Assembly (NCBI GenBank): GCA_963702895.1
Contig: OY969767.1
Location: forward strand, 2,272,001-2,336,000
Direction: 5' to 3'
Length of the DNA: 64,000 nucleotides
Source of the DNA: an uncultured Elusimicrobia bacterium
GTDB taxonomy: Bacteria > Elusimicrobiota > Elusimicrobia > 2-01-FULL-59-12
The translations under genes were made by a program, and so were the position numbers. Under the pieces are notes generated by a model, which saw nothing but the letters and a program-made list of their open reading frames with translations, was not told where the DNA came from and did not search any database. Within the stretch, counting starts at the first letter, position 1. The number at the start of each line of letters is the position of its first letter. Shown here piece after piece: positions 30,252-41,400 of the stretch.

Positions 30252-30551
30252 TTAACCGTATTTGTAAGACACGCCGAAACCGCCACGCGGCGGCTCCCAT
30301 GCGATGTTATTGAAAGGGCAGAGCATGCGCGCCGCTCCGCATTCAATACAGTTTTCGTAGGCGAGGATGATCTTCTGCTTGTCCTGGTCCCAGGTGTAGA
30401 CCCCGGCGGGGCAAGCGCTCACGCAGGGCTTGTTGGGACATCCAAGGCAGACCTGCGGGTCGATAATCTTGATGTGGGTTTGGTGATCGTTCTTATACGT
30501 GAGAAGCCCTAATTTGGCTTCAAGCGTCATGGGTTTTGGATTTTCTGCCAT
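30252..30551 (-). CDS. fixX: FixX-type ferredoxin
   Basis: C..C..KPC..ACPAGVY, CIECGA...CP, W.PPRGGFGV.YKYG. Confidence 0.92.
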   Translation of the reverse strand: MAENPKPMTLEAKLGLLTYKNDHQTHIKIIDPQVCLGCPNKPCVSACPAGVYTWDQDKQKIILAYENCIECGAARMLCPFNNIAWEPPRGGFGVSYKYG

Positions 30552-30552
30552 C

Positions 30553-31848
30553 TTAGCCAATCGCCTTTCTAAGACTCAGCGCGTCCTTCACCATACGGAA
30601 GAGCCCACGTTCCTTGCGGAAGAGGCGGAAAATGCGCCGCTGGTGGTCCCGCTTGGGATGGCCGTCGACAAGAAAATATTCTTTGGCCGCCTCCGTGACC
30701 AAGCGCGGATAGACGGTGAGCATATCGCGGTTTTCACGCACTTTTTCTTCGATGTCCTTGTGGTCTTTCATATCAATGAGGACAAAGGAGCGGTCCAGTT
30801 TTTTGCGGTAGAGCGAAAGCATCTTGGAAGTGAAATCATTTTTTTTCTTCGCTTCGATGGCTGTTTCGGCCGCCAACTTCCCGGCAGCCATGGCAAGGTT
30901 GGAGCCTTCCCGGTGTGTGGGGTTGATCATTTGCGCGGCATCCCCAGCGATGAGCATCCCATCCGTATACAAGGGAGGCATGACGTTGTAGCCCCCTTCC
31001 GGAATCAGATGGGCCGAGTATTCCAGAGGCGTGGCGCCCTGGAGATAGCGTCGCAGGAGCGGATGACGTTTGAGTTCCTCAAGCAAGTCATAAGGTTTGA
31101 TGTTCGTTTTTTGAAAATCGTCCAGGGCGCACCCGATCCCTAAGGAGATGGATTCTTTGTTGGTATACATGAAAGCGTATCCCAGCATGCCCTTGGTGAT
31201 ATCCCCGACCATCTCGAAGGTCGAACCCTGATCCCCTTCGAGGCAGAAGCGGTCTTCGATCTTCTCCCGCGCCAGTCCCAGGACTTCCTTCACGGCAAGG
31301 GCCACTTCCGTCGGCTTCCATTCGCGCGCAAGTCCCGCTTTTTGGGCGAGGATCGAATTCACCCCATCGCAAGCGATGACCACGCTTCCGTAGAGCTCAT
31401 CGCCTTCGGTGGATTTCACTCCGACCACCGCGCCTTCTTTCTTGAGGACGTCCTGAATCGTGACGCCGGTCAGAAGAGTGACACCCGCTTCCTCCGCTTT
31501 CTTGGAATACCACCGGTCAAACTCGGTACGGATAATGGTGTAGCTGTTGGCGGGCGGCTGGTCATAATCGGCGGACTTATAAGCCACTTGAAGGCTTGAG
31601 GTGGCGGTCATGACCATCGCGCGCTCTTCGATGATGGCCCGCTCCAGGGGGCAGTCCTTCCAGAATTCAGGAATGACATCGGCGAGCATCTTGGAGTAGA
31701 GAACAGCCCCTTGGACATTTTTAGCCCCAGGATAGTCCCCTCGCTCAAGGAGCGCAACGGAGAGCCCGCCTCGGGCCGCCGTGATGGCAGCGGAAACCCC
31801 TGCGGGCCCCGCTCCTACAACGATACAGTCAAAGTTGTCGTCTGCCAT
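30553..31848 (-). CDS. fixC: FixC-type FAD-dependent ETF:quinone oxidoreductase
   Basis: VVGAGPAG, ERGDYPGAKN, EYSAHLIPEGG, GDAA, EGSNLAM. Confidence 0.92.
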   Translation of the reverse strand: MADDNFDCIVVGAGPAGVSAAITAARGGLSVALLERGDYPGAKNVQGAVLYSKMLADVIPEFWKDCPLERAIIEERAMVMTATSSLQVAYKSADYDQPPANSYTIIRTEFDRWYSKKAEEAGVTLLTGVTIQDVLKKEGAVVGVKSTEGDELYGSVVIACDGVNSILAQKAGLAREWKPTEVALAVKEVLGLAREKIEDRFCLEGDQGSTFEMVGDITKGMLGYAFMYTNKESISLGIGCALDDFQKTNIKPYDLLEELKRHPLLRRYLQGATPLEYSAHLIPEGGYNVMPPLYTDGMLIAGDAAQMINPTHREGSNLAMAAGKLAAETAIEAKKKNDFTSKMLSLYRKKLDRSFVLIDMKDHKDIEEKVRENRDMLTVYPRLVTEAAKEYFLVDGHPKRDHQRRIFRLFRKERGLFRMVKDALSLRKAIG

Positions 31849-31899
31849 AGGTGATATCCACTGAAGAAATTTGAACAGCCCGGGAAATTGGAAAATCTG

Positions 31900-31928
31900 A
31901 GCATACAGAATTCACCATTCAACGTCAA
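31900..31928 (-). promoter_or_regulatory. Sigma70-type promoter for fixCX
   Basis: TTGACG-17 bp-TATGCT on the minus strand. Confidence 0.65.
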
Positions 31929-32024
31929 ACAAACTCAGGGGACCCTGGGCAGGGGGCAGGGCATCGGGGACAGAAAAAAACCGTTGGGGCATTTTTTACC
32001 CCTAACACCTATGCTCGGATGGCG

Positions 32025-32720
32025 CTATTTGGAGCGGGAAACGACGAATTCGACAGGCGTGGTGACAACAATCGGCGTGGCTTCAGAATAATCTTCTTCC
32101 TCTTGCACGATACGACGGCCCGAAAGCTCGAGCTTCTTGAACTCGGGGCTAAAGGCCTCCATGTGCCAATCCACAGGAGCGCCATCGGCAGCCAGAACCG
32201 GGAACTCGATCGTGTAGGTTCCGTCCTGGCGCGTGATGCCGCCGCGCGCAAAAGTCTGGTGACCCGAAATCACGCGAATAAGAACGCTGGCCTTGGGACA
32301 TGGCACACCGTGATAAGAAGCTTGCCCTTCAAAGCGGTAGGTATAACGGCGCATGGCGACATGGGTGTTGAGGCGCATGCTATTGGGGGATTCAGGAACG
32401 GCTTTCGCGATCCGCGCTGCCGGTGTCATCGGCCGAAAAGGTGCAAAGTGCGGGAGCGATGACGGTGGCGTTACCGGCGAGGCAAGTCCGAGAAAAACGA
32501 GGAGGAGGCGAACCATATGCCTGGCGAGGTGCTGGGCCGATTGAAGGAGCGTTTGCGAATGTCCAGGTGAACCGACCAGGAAGAGGAGCATCGCCCCGAG
32601 CAGGCTCCAAAACTCCCGTCGATCAGCACCGCCTGACGAGGCTCCGTGCTGACTTTTAAACAACATGCGCGCGTCGAAGTGATTAGGGGCTATCCTCATG
32701 GCTATTAAAGGATAGTACAC
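32025..32720 (-). CDS. Hypothetical exported/membrane protein with C-terminal beta-sandwich-like region
   Basis: Fills the intergenic gap; two hydrophobic stretches; G..T..DG.Y.I pattern; start uncertain. Confidence 0.55.
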   Translation of the reverse strand: MYYPLIAMRIAPNHFDARMLFKSQHGASSGGADRREFWSLLGAMLLFLVGSPGHSQTLLQSAQHLARHMVRLLLVFLGLASPVTPPSSLPHFAPFRPMTPAARIAKAVPESPNSMRLNTHVAMRRYTYRFEGQASYHGVPCPKASVLIRVISGHQTFARGGITRQDGTYTIEFPVLAADGAPVDWHMEAFSPEFKKLELSGRRIVQEEEDYSEATPIVVTTPVEFVVSRSK

Positions 32721-32822
32721 CCAGGTTACGGGAATGTTTCTGGCCTGTTACATCTCTGTAAATCTATTTCGCTGAGGGACGACCCTGGCCATGCAGGGCT
32801 ATGATAACTTTGCGCTGATAAA

Positions 32823-34784
32823 TCAAGCTGAAATCCACTCCCAGGCGGAATGGTGAGCCTCGCAGCGTTCGGCGTATTCCAGAAACCGGGCGTAAAAGGG
32901 GTGACGGGCGAGCGTCGTGGAATCTCCCAGAACAATTAAAAGGCGGCGGGCGCGGGTCATGCCGACATTCATCCGACGCGTGTCTCCTAAAAAACCAACT
33001 TCTCCTTTGTCGTTGGAGCGAACGAGCGATAAGATAATGGCTTCTTTTTCCCTCCCCTGGTAACCGTCTATGGATCCAATTTCTATCCCCTCCTCCATCC
33101 CGGCCAACTGCCGCAAGAGCCGGGCCTGAGCGACGTAGGGGGTCAGAAGCGCCATCGATTTGGCTGGCACCCCTGAGCCGCGAAGTTCTTGATAGAGAGA
33201 CAACGCCAAGCGTGCTTCTCCTTCATTCTCTCGACTTTCCAAGAGCTCGTTCCAGGTTTCGTCATAGCCCGCGCCCGCGGTATCGATGAACATCAGGGGT
33301 TTCGACGTGAGGGTCGAGGGGGTAATGCCGGGCAATTCTTCGATGGTGTGATCGCGCACAGACTCGTCCGCCACGAGTTTCCCCTCATAGAGCTGTTGCG
33401 AAGGAAAACCCATGATCGTCTCGTGCATCCGGTATTGCACCCGAAGCAACGTCTGAACCTCTCGGGGGACAAGGCCCTGCAGACGTTCAAAGAGCGTGAG
33501 GCCCAGTCCTTGCTTTTTGGCCTCCTCCGAGTAGATGGTGGGCGGCAGCTGCAGGGAATCCCCCGCAAAGACAACCTTCTTCGCTTGCGTGATGGGGATC
33601 CAGGAGAGCGGTTCGGTGGCTTGCGAGGCTTCATCCATAATCAGGAGATCAAAAGGCTTCTTGGAGAGCGTCTTCGCAAGGCCCCCATGGGTGACGAGCA
33701 CCACATCCGCCGAAGCCACGATCCCTTTGCCGATGCCGTATTCCATATCACGCGCTTCCTGCCAGAGCGCGTTGATCTCTTTTTGCAGGGCGTGACGCTC
33801 ATCCCAACTGAGCCGGCGATCATGCGCGCGCTGGAGCTGCCGAACGAGATGCGCCCGCTGGACGTCCAACTCATCGATGAATTTTTGGTCCGGATGTTCA
33901 GCGACCTGGGCCGAGAGCGTCGCGTGCCGCAAGGAGTCGAGGATGCGGGCGGGGTGGCCCATTCGCACAACCTTAAGATCCGTGTCGAGCAGTTTCTCGA
34001 GCATGTTGTCGACCGCGATGTTCGAAGGGGCGGAGGCGAGGACCCGAGCCCCTCCCGCGATCGCATGACGGATGATTTCCACCAAAACCGTGGTTTTCCC
34101 TGTCCCGGGGGGACCATGCACGAGGGCGACGTCATGGGCGGCCAGGGCTTTCGCGACGGCTTCGCGCTGATACTGATTAAGCTTCTGGTTGAAGTATGTG
34201 CCCTCACCCGCACCAGCAGTTCGCCCTCTCCCGCCTTCGGCGGGAGAGGGTGGGGGTGAGGGCAAATCAAAAGTTGCGGGTTCGGCCCCCATGAAGATTT
34301 CTCTTAAGTGTGCGACTTCCTTCTTCTGAGCATGCTGGACGCTCGCGAGCACCTTCTTCATGCGCTTGTAGGTGGCCTCACTGCCCAGAACGTCCAGCTG
34401 GCATTTCCCTTGTGGCGGGGTCTCGAGGGCGGGAAGGCCCTCCAGCGCGACCGTGATCTCAAATTGGTCGACGTCATAGAGCGTCCCCTTGAACTTGGGC
34501 ACTTCAGGATCCTGGAAAGAGAGACTGACCAGATCTCCCTGGTTGAGTGCCTGAAACGGGGAATACTCCTCCCCATGGGAGGGCCGGGAGAGCACCCAGA
34601 GGACGTGGCTGCCGACGCCGTAGTCCTCGCGTGTGATCACGAGGCGGGTCACGGTCTTGCCCAGCGCCTCGCGTGCTTGCACGGGGAGCTTCTCCAGTTT
34701 TCTCTCGTTTTCCGAGCGCTCGGCTTCCCGTTCGATATCGATGAGCCTCAGAAGCTTTTCAAAATGTTCATCGTGCACGACCAT
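32823..34784 (-). CDS. SF1B helicase, Upf1/IGHMBP2/DNA2-NAM7 family
   Basis: LNQYQ, HGPPGTGKT, SNIAVDN, DEASQ, GD..QLPPT, QYRMH, DGYQGREKE, RRMNVGMTRAR. Confidence 0.93.
   Translation of the reverse strand: MVVHDEHFEKLLRLIDIEREAERSENERKLEKLPVQAREALGKTVTRLVITREDYGVGSHVLWVLSRPSHGEEYSPFQALNQGDLVSLSFQDPEVPKFKGTLYDVDQFEITVALEGLPALETPPQGKCQLDVLGSEATYKRMKKVLASVQHAQKKEVAHLREIFMGAEPATFDLPSPPPSPAEGGRGRTAGAGEGTYFNQKLNQYQREAVAKALAAHDVALVHGPPGTGKTTVLVEIIRHAIAGGARVLASAPSNIAVDNMLEKLLDTDLKVVRMGHPARILDSLRHATLSAQVAEHPDQKFIDELDVQRAHLVRQLQRAHDRRLSWDERHALQKEINALWQEARDMEYGIGKGIVASADVVLVTHGGLAKTLSKKPFDLLIMDEASQATEPLSWIPITQAKKVVFAGDSLQLPPTIYSEEAKKQGLGLTLFERLQGLVPREVQTLLRVQYRMHETIMGFPSQQLYEGKLVADESVRDHTIEELPGITPSTLTSKPLMFIDTAGAGYDETWNELLESRENEGEARLALSLYQELRGSGVPAKSMALLTPYVAQARLLRQLAGMEEGIEIGSIDGYQGREKEAIILSLVRSNDKGEVGFLGDTRRMNVGMTRARRLLIVLGDSTTLARHPFYARFLEYAERCEAHHSAWEWISA
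34200..34263. repeat. CCCTCACCC-family palindrome in-frame in helicase
   Basis: Encodes [21 protein letters not shown] just before the Q motif. Confidence 0.85.
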
Positions 34785-34796
34785 ATCTTACCAGAC

Positions 34797-34833
34797 TCGT
34801 CCGACGTGCGACGTCCGACGTCGGACGTCGGAC
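34797..34833. repeat. Inverted 7-bp array (CGTCCGA)n/(CGTCGGA)n
   Basis: CGTCCGACGTGCGACGTCCGACGTCGG also present at 54460 inside typA. Confidence 0.8.
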
Positions 34834-34911
34834 CCGCCACACTGCTGGCGGGCGCCTGTTGTGTGGCGCCTCGGACGCATGGACCCAAATAATCCGATAA
34901 GCCACCCCTGA

Positions 34912-34947
34912 CGTCATCCCCCGCGGCCGTCAGCGGGGGATCCATCG
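34912..34947. repeat. Single arm of GTCATCCCC-family REP
   Basis: CGTCATCCCCCGCGGCCGTCAGCGGGGGATCCATC. Confidence 0.75.
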
Positions 34948-35129
34948 ACGGCCTTGGTGTAGGTGTTGGTGGCGGGATCGAAGACGAAGGGTTTCACTTA
35001 TTGGGTGAAAAATGAGGGGTCAACACAGGAGGCTTTGAAAAAGGGTGCAGCGCGTGATTTTACAGCGACGCGCAGAGGCAATAAAATACCTCGCAAGCCA
35101 GAGTGGAATCTGAACTGCGAGGTGCTTTT

Positions 35130-36449
35130 ATGTTACTGAAGAACTTGGACGTATACAAGGTCTCGACGACGGATCAAGCGGTGACGAGTTTTGCAGGGCT
35201 GCCGTTGTTGTTGGGGACGGCACGGAGCCTGGGGTTGGAGGAGCGGCTCAATGCGCTGCCGGTGAAGGAGCGGGCGCGGGGATACGATCCTGCCGAGAGT
35301 ATTTTGGGGTTGATGGGATCGATCCAGGCGGGCGGGGAAGCGCTCGAAGACATCGGGCTGCTGCAAGGGGACGAGGGGATACGGCGCTTGCTGGGGGATT
35401 TTCCGGCAGCGAACACGTTGGGCGAATTTCTTCGGCGTTTTGGGCGCAAGACGATTCATGGGTTGGGATGGGTCCAGCTCAAGACGGCGGCGAAGGTGAT
35501 CCGGGCCTGCGAGCTGTCTATTGTGACGATCGATATCGACGCTTATTTTTTGGAGTCACAGAAGGAAGGCGTCTTGATGAATTACGATGGACTGGAAGGG
35601 TATTGTCCGGTGATGGTCAGTTGCGCGGAGCTGAAGATGCCGCTGGCCGGGGCGTTTCGGGCAGGCAATGCGAGCCCGATGGCGAACCTGGCGAGTTTGT
35701 TGCGGCGGGTCTTGCGGCAGTTTTCCGGTTTGCGGATGAGGGCGCGCTCAGACAGCGCGGGGTATCAGGCGAAGGTGGTTCGGGAATTGGATCGGGCCGG
35801 GGTGGACTTCACCATCACGGCGCGCAAGGATGATGCCGTTTTGGAAGCGATTCGGTCGATTCCGGAGAAGGCCTGGAAGAAGTACAACTCGCCGGTCTAT
35901 CCCCATAAGGGATCTGAGATTGCCGAGACGGTGCATGCTTTTGGGGAGGCGGACAAGGATATCGCCGCATTTCGGTTGGTCGTGGTGCGCTGGCAGCAGG
36001 AGCCGCAAGGCGAGCTTTTCGATAAGGAGCACTTTGAATACCATGCGGTGGCGACGCGGTTCACATGGGAACCGGGATTGGTTCTGCAATTTCACCGTAA
36101 CCGGCAGGATGGGTCGGAGAACGTGAACCGGGAGATGAAGAGCGAGGGTGGGTTTGGATTATCCAAGCTGCCGTGCCGGGATTTTATGGCCAATGCCGCC
36201 TATTTCCAGATCGCGATGTTGGCGTCGGTGGTCACGGCAGCCTTCAAGCATTTGGTTCTGCCGAAAGCCTGGCAGAGCTTCACGATCCAGACGCTGCGGC
36301 ACCGGCTGATCCGCTTGGCCGGGACAGTGTGCCGGAAGTCGCGCTATCTGTGGTTAAAGATTCCGGAAAACTACCCGTTCCGGCGGGTTTTTGAAGAGGC
36401 GCGCTATGGCGTGTTGGGGCTGTCTGTGGTGATCGCGTCTACCGGTTGA
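35130..36449 (+). mobile_element. IS1380-family transposase (element ends not resolved)
   Basis: TSFAGL, TIDID, R.GNA, RSDSAGY, R...EN..RE.K, F.AN.A motifs; GAGGTG RBS; G/T-skewed composition unlike flanks. Confidence 0.85.
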
Positions 36450-36713
36450 TTGACGGGACGGCGACACCGAAGGCATCGACGGAGGGAAAGAACCGAACAG
36501 AGGGTCGGAGCGGCGAAAACTGCCGCAAAAGGCCGACAATTGATCAGACGGTAGTCTGAACCGCCTCCGAGGGAAGCCAAGGGTACCCGAAGCAGGCGAG
36601 AAACCTGGTCGCCGCGGCGACCGAGCGGTGAAAAATTGGGACCTATGTGTGGCCTACGTCAAAACGCAGCGCTGCAGAAAATTACCGGAGCTTTTGGGGC
36701 ATGGAAAAAACCG

Positions 36714-36741
36714 TTGCAATCGACCTTTTATGTAGTATCCT
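36714..36741 (+). promoter_or_regulatory. Putative sigma70 promoter for csp
   Basis: TTGCAA-16 bp-TATCCT about 90 nt upstream of the start. Confidence 0.45.
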
Positions 36742-36831
36742 TACGGCGGTGCGTCGCAATTGCTGCCACCCCGGAACGCCTGTCTGCAGACGGGCTGACG
36801 GAATCTAAAAACAGTAGAGGTACATAAACAA

Positions 36832-37038
36832 GTGAGTACAAAAGGTAAAGTGAAGTGGTTCAATGATGCAAAAGGGTTTGGTTTCATAACCCCTGAAGAT
36901 GGGTCAGCGGACGTGTTCGTGCACTTCTCCGCGATTCAGGCTGAAGGATTCAAGAGCCTCGCCGAGAATGACACGGTCGAATTCGATATCGTGCCATCCG
37001 ATAAAGGACCCAAAGCCGCAAACGTGAAGAAAGCCTAA
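36832..37038 (+). CDS. Cold-shock protein (CspA family)
   Basis: [32 protein letters not shown]. Confidence 0.97.
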   Translation: MSTKGKVKWFNDAKGFGFITPEDGSADVFVHFSAIQAEGFKSLAENDTVEFDIVPSDKGPKAANVKKA

Positions 37039-37065
37039 AAACACACTTCCGCTACGGCACAACAG

Positions 37066-37095
37066 AGACCCCGGGACAACCTCCCGGGGTTTTCT
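37066..37095 (+). terminator. Rho-independent terminator after csp
   Basis: ACCCCGGGA-caacc-TCCCGGGGT followed by TTTCT. Confidence 0.8.
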
Positions 37096-37102
37096 GCGTC
37101 CA

Positions 37103-37183
37103 GGGGACGTTCCTCACGATCTCACGGTGTTGAACATCTGGTGCCGGTGCCCGCAACACCGTGAGATCGTGAGGAACGTCCCC
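37103..37183. repeat. Palindrome, GGGGACGTTCC family (divergent arms)
   Basis: GGGGACGTTCCTCACGATCTCACGGTGTTG / CAACACCGTGAGATCGTGAGGAACGTCCCC. Confidence 0.9.
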
Positions 37184-38418
37184 TAGACGTTGCGGCGAAA
37201 GTGGGAGAAGAGGAGCTTTCGAAAGTCCGCGGACACACCCAAGAGAAGAACAAACACGCTCAAGGTCAAGGCCCCGACGGTGAAGAGGACTTGGGCGGGA
37301 TTGAGATGGAGAAGGCTGCTCATGATCCACAGGGCGCCGCTCGCCCAAAGGATGGCGGCAAAGGAAACGAAATTCTGGGTGGCCAGGACCCTGGCGCGCT
37401 CGCCCGGAGGACTCCGCCACTGGATCATGGCGTTCAAGGGGATTTCGTAAAAACCTCCGCTCATGCCCAGCATGAAACAATCGAACAGCGTTCTCGTATA
37501 GGACGGATAGGACCAAAGGAGGTCCATCGCGAAAAGCCCCATACCGAACGCCCCCACCGGGACCCATTTCAAGTCAATCCCCTCCCGCGACCACCGCCCC
37601 GCCAAATAACTCCCCAAGGCAATGCCGACGGTGACCGAAACCAGGAGCGATCCCGACACTTGAGGGGTGGCATTCATCATTTCTTTGGCATAGAGGAAGA
37701 TCACGAGCTGCAACAGCGCTCCCATAAACCAGAAATAGTTCACCGCAATGAGCCCCAGCTTCAAGGCTCTATCTTGACAGATCAAACTCCAATTGGCCCA
37801 CAAATCCTTGAGGGGGTTCCAGGCCCAGGGCTCCTCCGGTTTGGCCGCCGGCAGGGGAGTGATAAAAAGACTTCCCAAGAGCCCCCCGACGCTCCCTGCA
37901 ATGAGCAACGCGCTCGCGACAGGAAGGTGCGTGGAAAGGAAACTCCCGGCGACGGTCCCGCCGAGAATCGCGACAAACGTCGCCATGTTGAGGATCCCGT
38001 TCCCGTAAGAAAGCTCACGCTCGCCCATGAGCTCAGGCATGATCCCGTATTTGGCCGGGCTAAAAAAAGCCGCCTGCATCGAAAGACAAAAAAGAGAGAT
38101 CATCATCCAGGGGATATGCTTCGACAAGAGGCTCACGGTCGCCACGGACACCACCACGAGTTGCCAGATCTGGACCCCGTAAATCACGCGCGGCTTACCG
38201 ATCCGGTCCGAAAGGCGTCCGGCCATCATGGAAAAGAGGAGAAACGGGGCCACAAAAACTGCGCCGCACAAGTTCACCATGGCCGAGCGCTGATCCGGAT
38301 CATCGATCAGCTCGACGATGAGAAGCGTCACGAGTATTTTGAGCAGGTTGTCGTTAAACGCCCCAAAGAACTGGGTGACGATGAGCGCCCAAAATGATTT
38401 CTTCTGAATTTTTTCCAT
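37183..38418 (-). CDS. MFS transporter, LplT-like
   Basis: About 12 TMs; TQFFGAFNDN, FFSPAKYGIMPE; paralog of the aas N-terminal domain. Confidence 0.88.
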   Translation of the reverse strand: MEKIQKKSFWALIVTQFFGAFNDNLLKILVTLLIVELIDDPDQRSAMVNLCGAVFVAPFLLFSMMAGRLSDRIGKPRVIYGVQIWQLVVVSVATVSLLSKHIPWMMISLFCLSMQAAFFSPAKYGIMPELMGERELSYGNGILNMATFVAILGGTVAGSFLSTHLPVASALLIAGSVGGLLGSLFITPLPAAKPEEPWAWNPLKDLWANWSLICQDRALKLGLIAVNYFWFMGALLQLVIFLYAKEMMNATPQVSGSLLVSVTVGIALGSYLAGRWSREGIDLKWVPVGAFGMGLFAMDLLWSYPSYTRTLFDCFMLGMSGGFYEIPLNAMIQWRSPPGERARVLATQNFVSFAAILWASGALWIMSSLLHLNPAQVLFTVGALTLSVFVLLLGVSADFRKLLFSHFRRNV

Positions 38419-38452
38419 GTCCAGCGGCTTCGGGGTGTACTGTACTCCTTTT

Positions 38453-41400
38453 TTAAACCTTCGCGCCAGCGGGCGGCGGGAAATGTTCCCTTGCGAAGAA
38501 GCGGACTTTCGCTAAATCGAGCTTCCCCGTCCCCAAATACGGCAGGCTCTCGATCGTAACGAATCGGTCTTTGGCGGGGACCCATAATTTCGGGAGCTCA
38601 CTCTGGTTCAACTTCTCCCATAGATCCTCGAACGACCCCTCGTAGCCCGCACCGAGCACGACGAGTTGTTCCCCCTTCTTTTCATCGGGGACCGCCGTGA
38701 CAACAAAGGTGGGATCGGTCCGGCCGGCCACGGCGTGGAGCTTTTCCTCGACCAGCACATGCGGCACCATCTCGCCCGCGATTTTGGAAAAGCGGCTCAA
38801 GCGGTCCGTGATCTGAATAAATCCGTCTTGGTCGATGGAGGCAATATCGCCCGTCACGTACCAGCCGTCGCGCATGACCTCGCGTGTCTTCTCCGGGTCC
38901 TTCCAATAGCCCTGCATCACGTTGGGGCCTTTGACGAGCAACAGACCCGCTTGCCCTTGCGGGAGGAGTTGGAACGTTTCAGGATCCACAACGCGCACGG
39001 AGACGCCGGGAATGGGATGTCCGATTTTCCCCGGTTTACGTCCCACTTGAACGACCTCTCCCATCGACACATCGGGAATGTTCGCGCTCACGACGGGCGA
39101 AAGCTCGGTACAACCATAACCTTCCAGCGGCGCCTTGCCGAACTTTTCCTCAAAGGCTTTGGCGATCGCCTCGCGCAAGCGCTCGGCGCCCGTGATCACA
39201 AACCGAAGGGATTGGAACTGCTCCGGCGCGCATTTGCGGATGTAGGCCGCGAGAAACGTCGGGGTCGCCATCAGCATGGTGGCCTTGTGCTTGTGGGTGA
39301 GCTCTCCCACCGTTTTGGCATCCAGGGGATTCGTGTGATAAACCGCGCTGAAGCCATGGACCAAGGGAAACCACAAGGTGGCCGTAAACCCGAAGGAATG
39401 AAAGAAGGGCAGAACACCCAGGATGCGGTCTTTTTTCCCGAGGTCGAAGACCTGCGCCAGCCCCAGGATGTTCGACAAGATGTTGGAATGCGAAAGCGTC
39501 ACCCCCTTGGGGATGCCGGTGGATCCGCTGGAAAACAGAATGGCGGCGGTGGCCGAAAGGGGAACGTTCGCCGCGGCCCCCCAGCGCTTCATCAGGACAG
39601 CCCTTGGCAGGAGAGACAACAGAACACGCTCCAACACCACCTGCCATTTGGGGAGGGTCGCCAAGAGGTCCTCGAGATAAATCATCTCCGGCTTGGCCGG
39701 CAGCGCTGTTTTCTCGAGAAGCTTGCGGCTCGTGAGGACCCGTGTGATCTCGGCCTTCTTGATACATTGCGCCAGGACTTCGGGCCCCGCCGTGTAGTTC
39801 AAGTTGACGGCAATTCGTCCCAGAAGCGAAACCGCGACGTTGGCCAGCGCCCCGCCGACAGAAGGCGGCAGCATGATGCCGACACAGGTTCCTACAACAT
39901 CGTCATTCCGGCGAAAGCCGGAATCCAGCACATTGGCCTGGACCCCGGCTTCCGCCGGGGTGACGTCTTGGGGAGGGGTTTCGCTTGGCTGTAAAAGAAG
40001 TTTTTTTAATTGTCTCGCCAATATAACGCTTGCTGCTGCGAGCTGTCCGAAGGAAAGCTTTTTTCCGGTGGAATCAGCGACCGCCATCAGGGTCGGATGA
40101 CGTTTGGCCCTCCGCAAGAATTCGAGGGGCAGCGATTTCGTTTCTTCCATACGGTGAACAAAGGACTCCGCACCCAGGTCGAGGACGGCATGGCGCACGT
40201 CCTCGGCACTCACGGGCGGCTTGATCGGCTGACCAAAGGTGAGCGTCACGGGGTAGGGAATGCGTCGCGGTTTCTTCCAGAGGACGGATCCCCGCTCAAA
40301 GCTGAAGATGCTCCCCCACACGCGGTCCAGGAACACGGGAATGACCGGGACGTCCAGACCTTTCACGATCACTTCGAAGCCGCGCTTAAATTCCAGCAGG
40401 TTCCCGGTCCGGCTGATTTCCCCTTCCGCAAAGATGCAGACCAGGTGCCCTTCCTCCAAGGCTTTGCGCGCCGTCATCAAGGAGCGCAGGATTTCCCTGG
40501 GCGGGTCAGTCTCCGAAATGGGAATGGCGTTCATCGTTTTCACAAGCCAATGAAGGCGCGGGTCGTCGTAATAGGTGCGCCACATCACAAAACGTACGAG
40601 GCGCGGCAGCGCCGCCCCCACAAGAAACCCGTCAGCCAGCGAGAGGTGGTTCACGACGAGGAGCGCCGGCCCTTTTACGGGAACATGATTCAGGCCACTC
40701 ACCCGGATGCGGTAGATGGTGTTCGTGAGCACGTAAAGGACAAGCCGCAAAAGCGAGTCCGGAACGTACCGGCAAACGGCATAGGTTTCCAGGAGCGCCA
40801 GAACACCCAGAGCGAGAAAGACCTGGGCCGAATCGAGATGGAAGACTTTTCCGAATACCCAGAGCGCCAGGGCCGCCAGGGCAATGGCGACAAAGCTCAG
40901 GAAATTCGTCATGGCCATGACCCGGCCGCGTTCGGCCGCGGGGCTGCGCCACTGGATGAGTGACACAAGAGGAATATAGTAGAGGCCGGCAAAGGCCCCC
41001 AGCATGAAGAAGTCCACAAAGGTCCGGGGCACGGAGGCATGGGCCCAGAAGAGATCCGCCGCGAAAATACTCATCCCCAGGGAGCCAACGGGGACAAGTC
41101 CCACTTCCACTTTCTCTTTGGAAAGACGCGCCGCCAGATAGCTCCCCGCTCCGACGCCCACGGCGATCACCACGATCAGGTAACCGGTTGTTTCGGGTGA
41201 GGCCTTCATGATGTCTTTCACATAGAGGAAGATGTTGGTCTGAAAGGCCGCCCCCATAAACCAGAAAAAGTTCACGGCAATGACGGAAAGATAAAGCGCG
41301 CGGTCCGTACGCAAAAGCGCCCAATTGGAAACGAGGTCGGACAAGGGGTTCCACACCATCGGGGACTGGGGCTTCGCGGCAGGAAGCGGTCTCATGAAGA

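Noticed and set aside
30252..31848. Nitrogen fixation inferred from fixCX
   Set aside because: No nif genes here; FixCX occurs widely in non-diazotrophs
34797..34833. Diversity-generating retroelement or retron linked to the heptamer repeats
   Set aside because: No reverse transcriptase, Avd-like gene or TR/VR pair seen in the window
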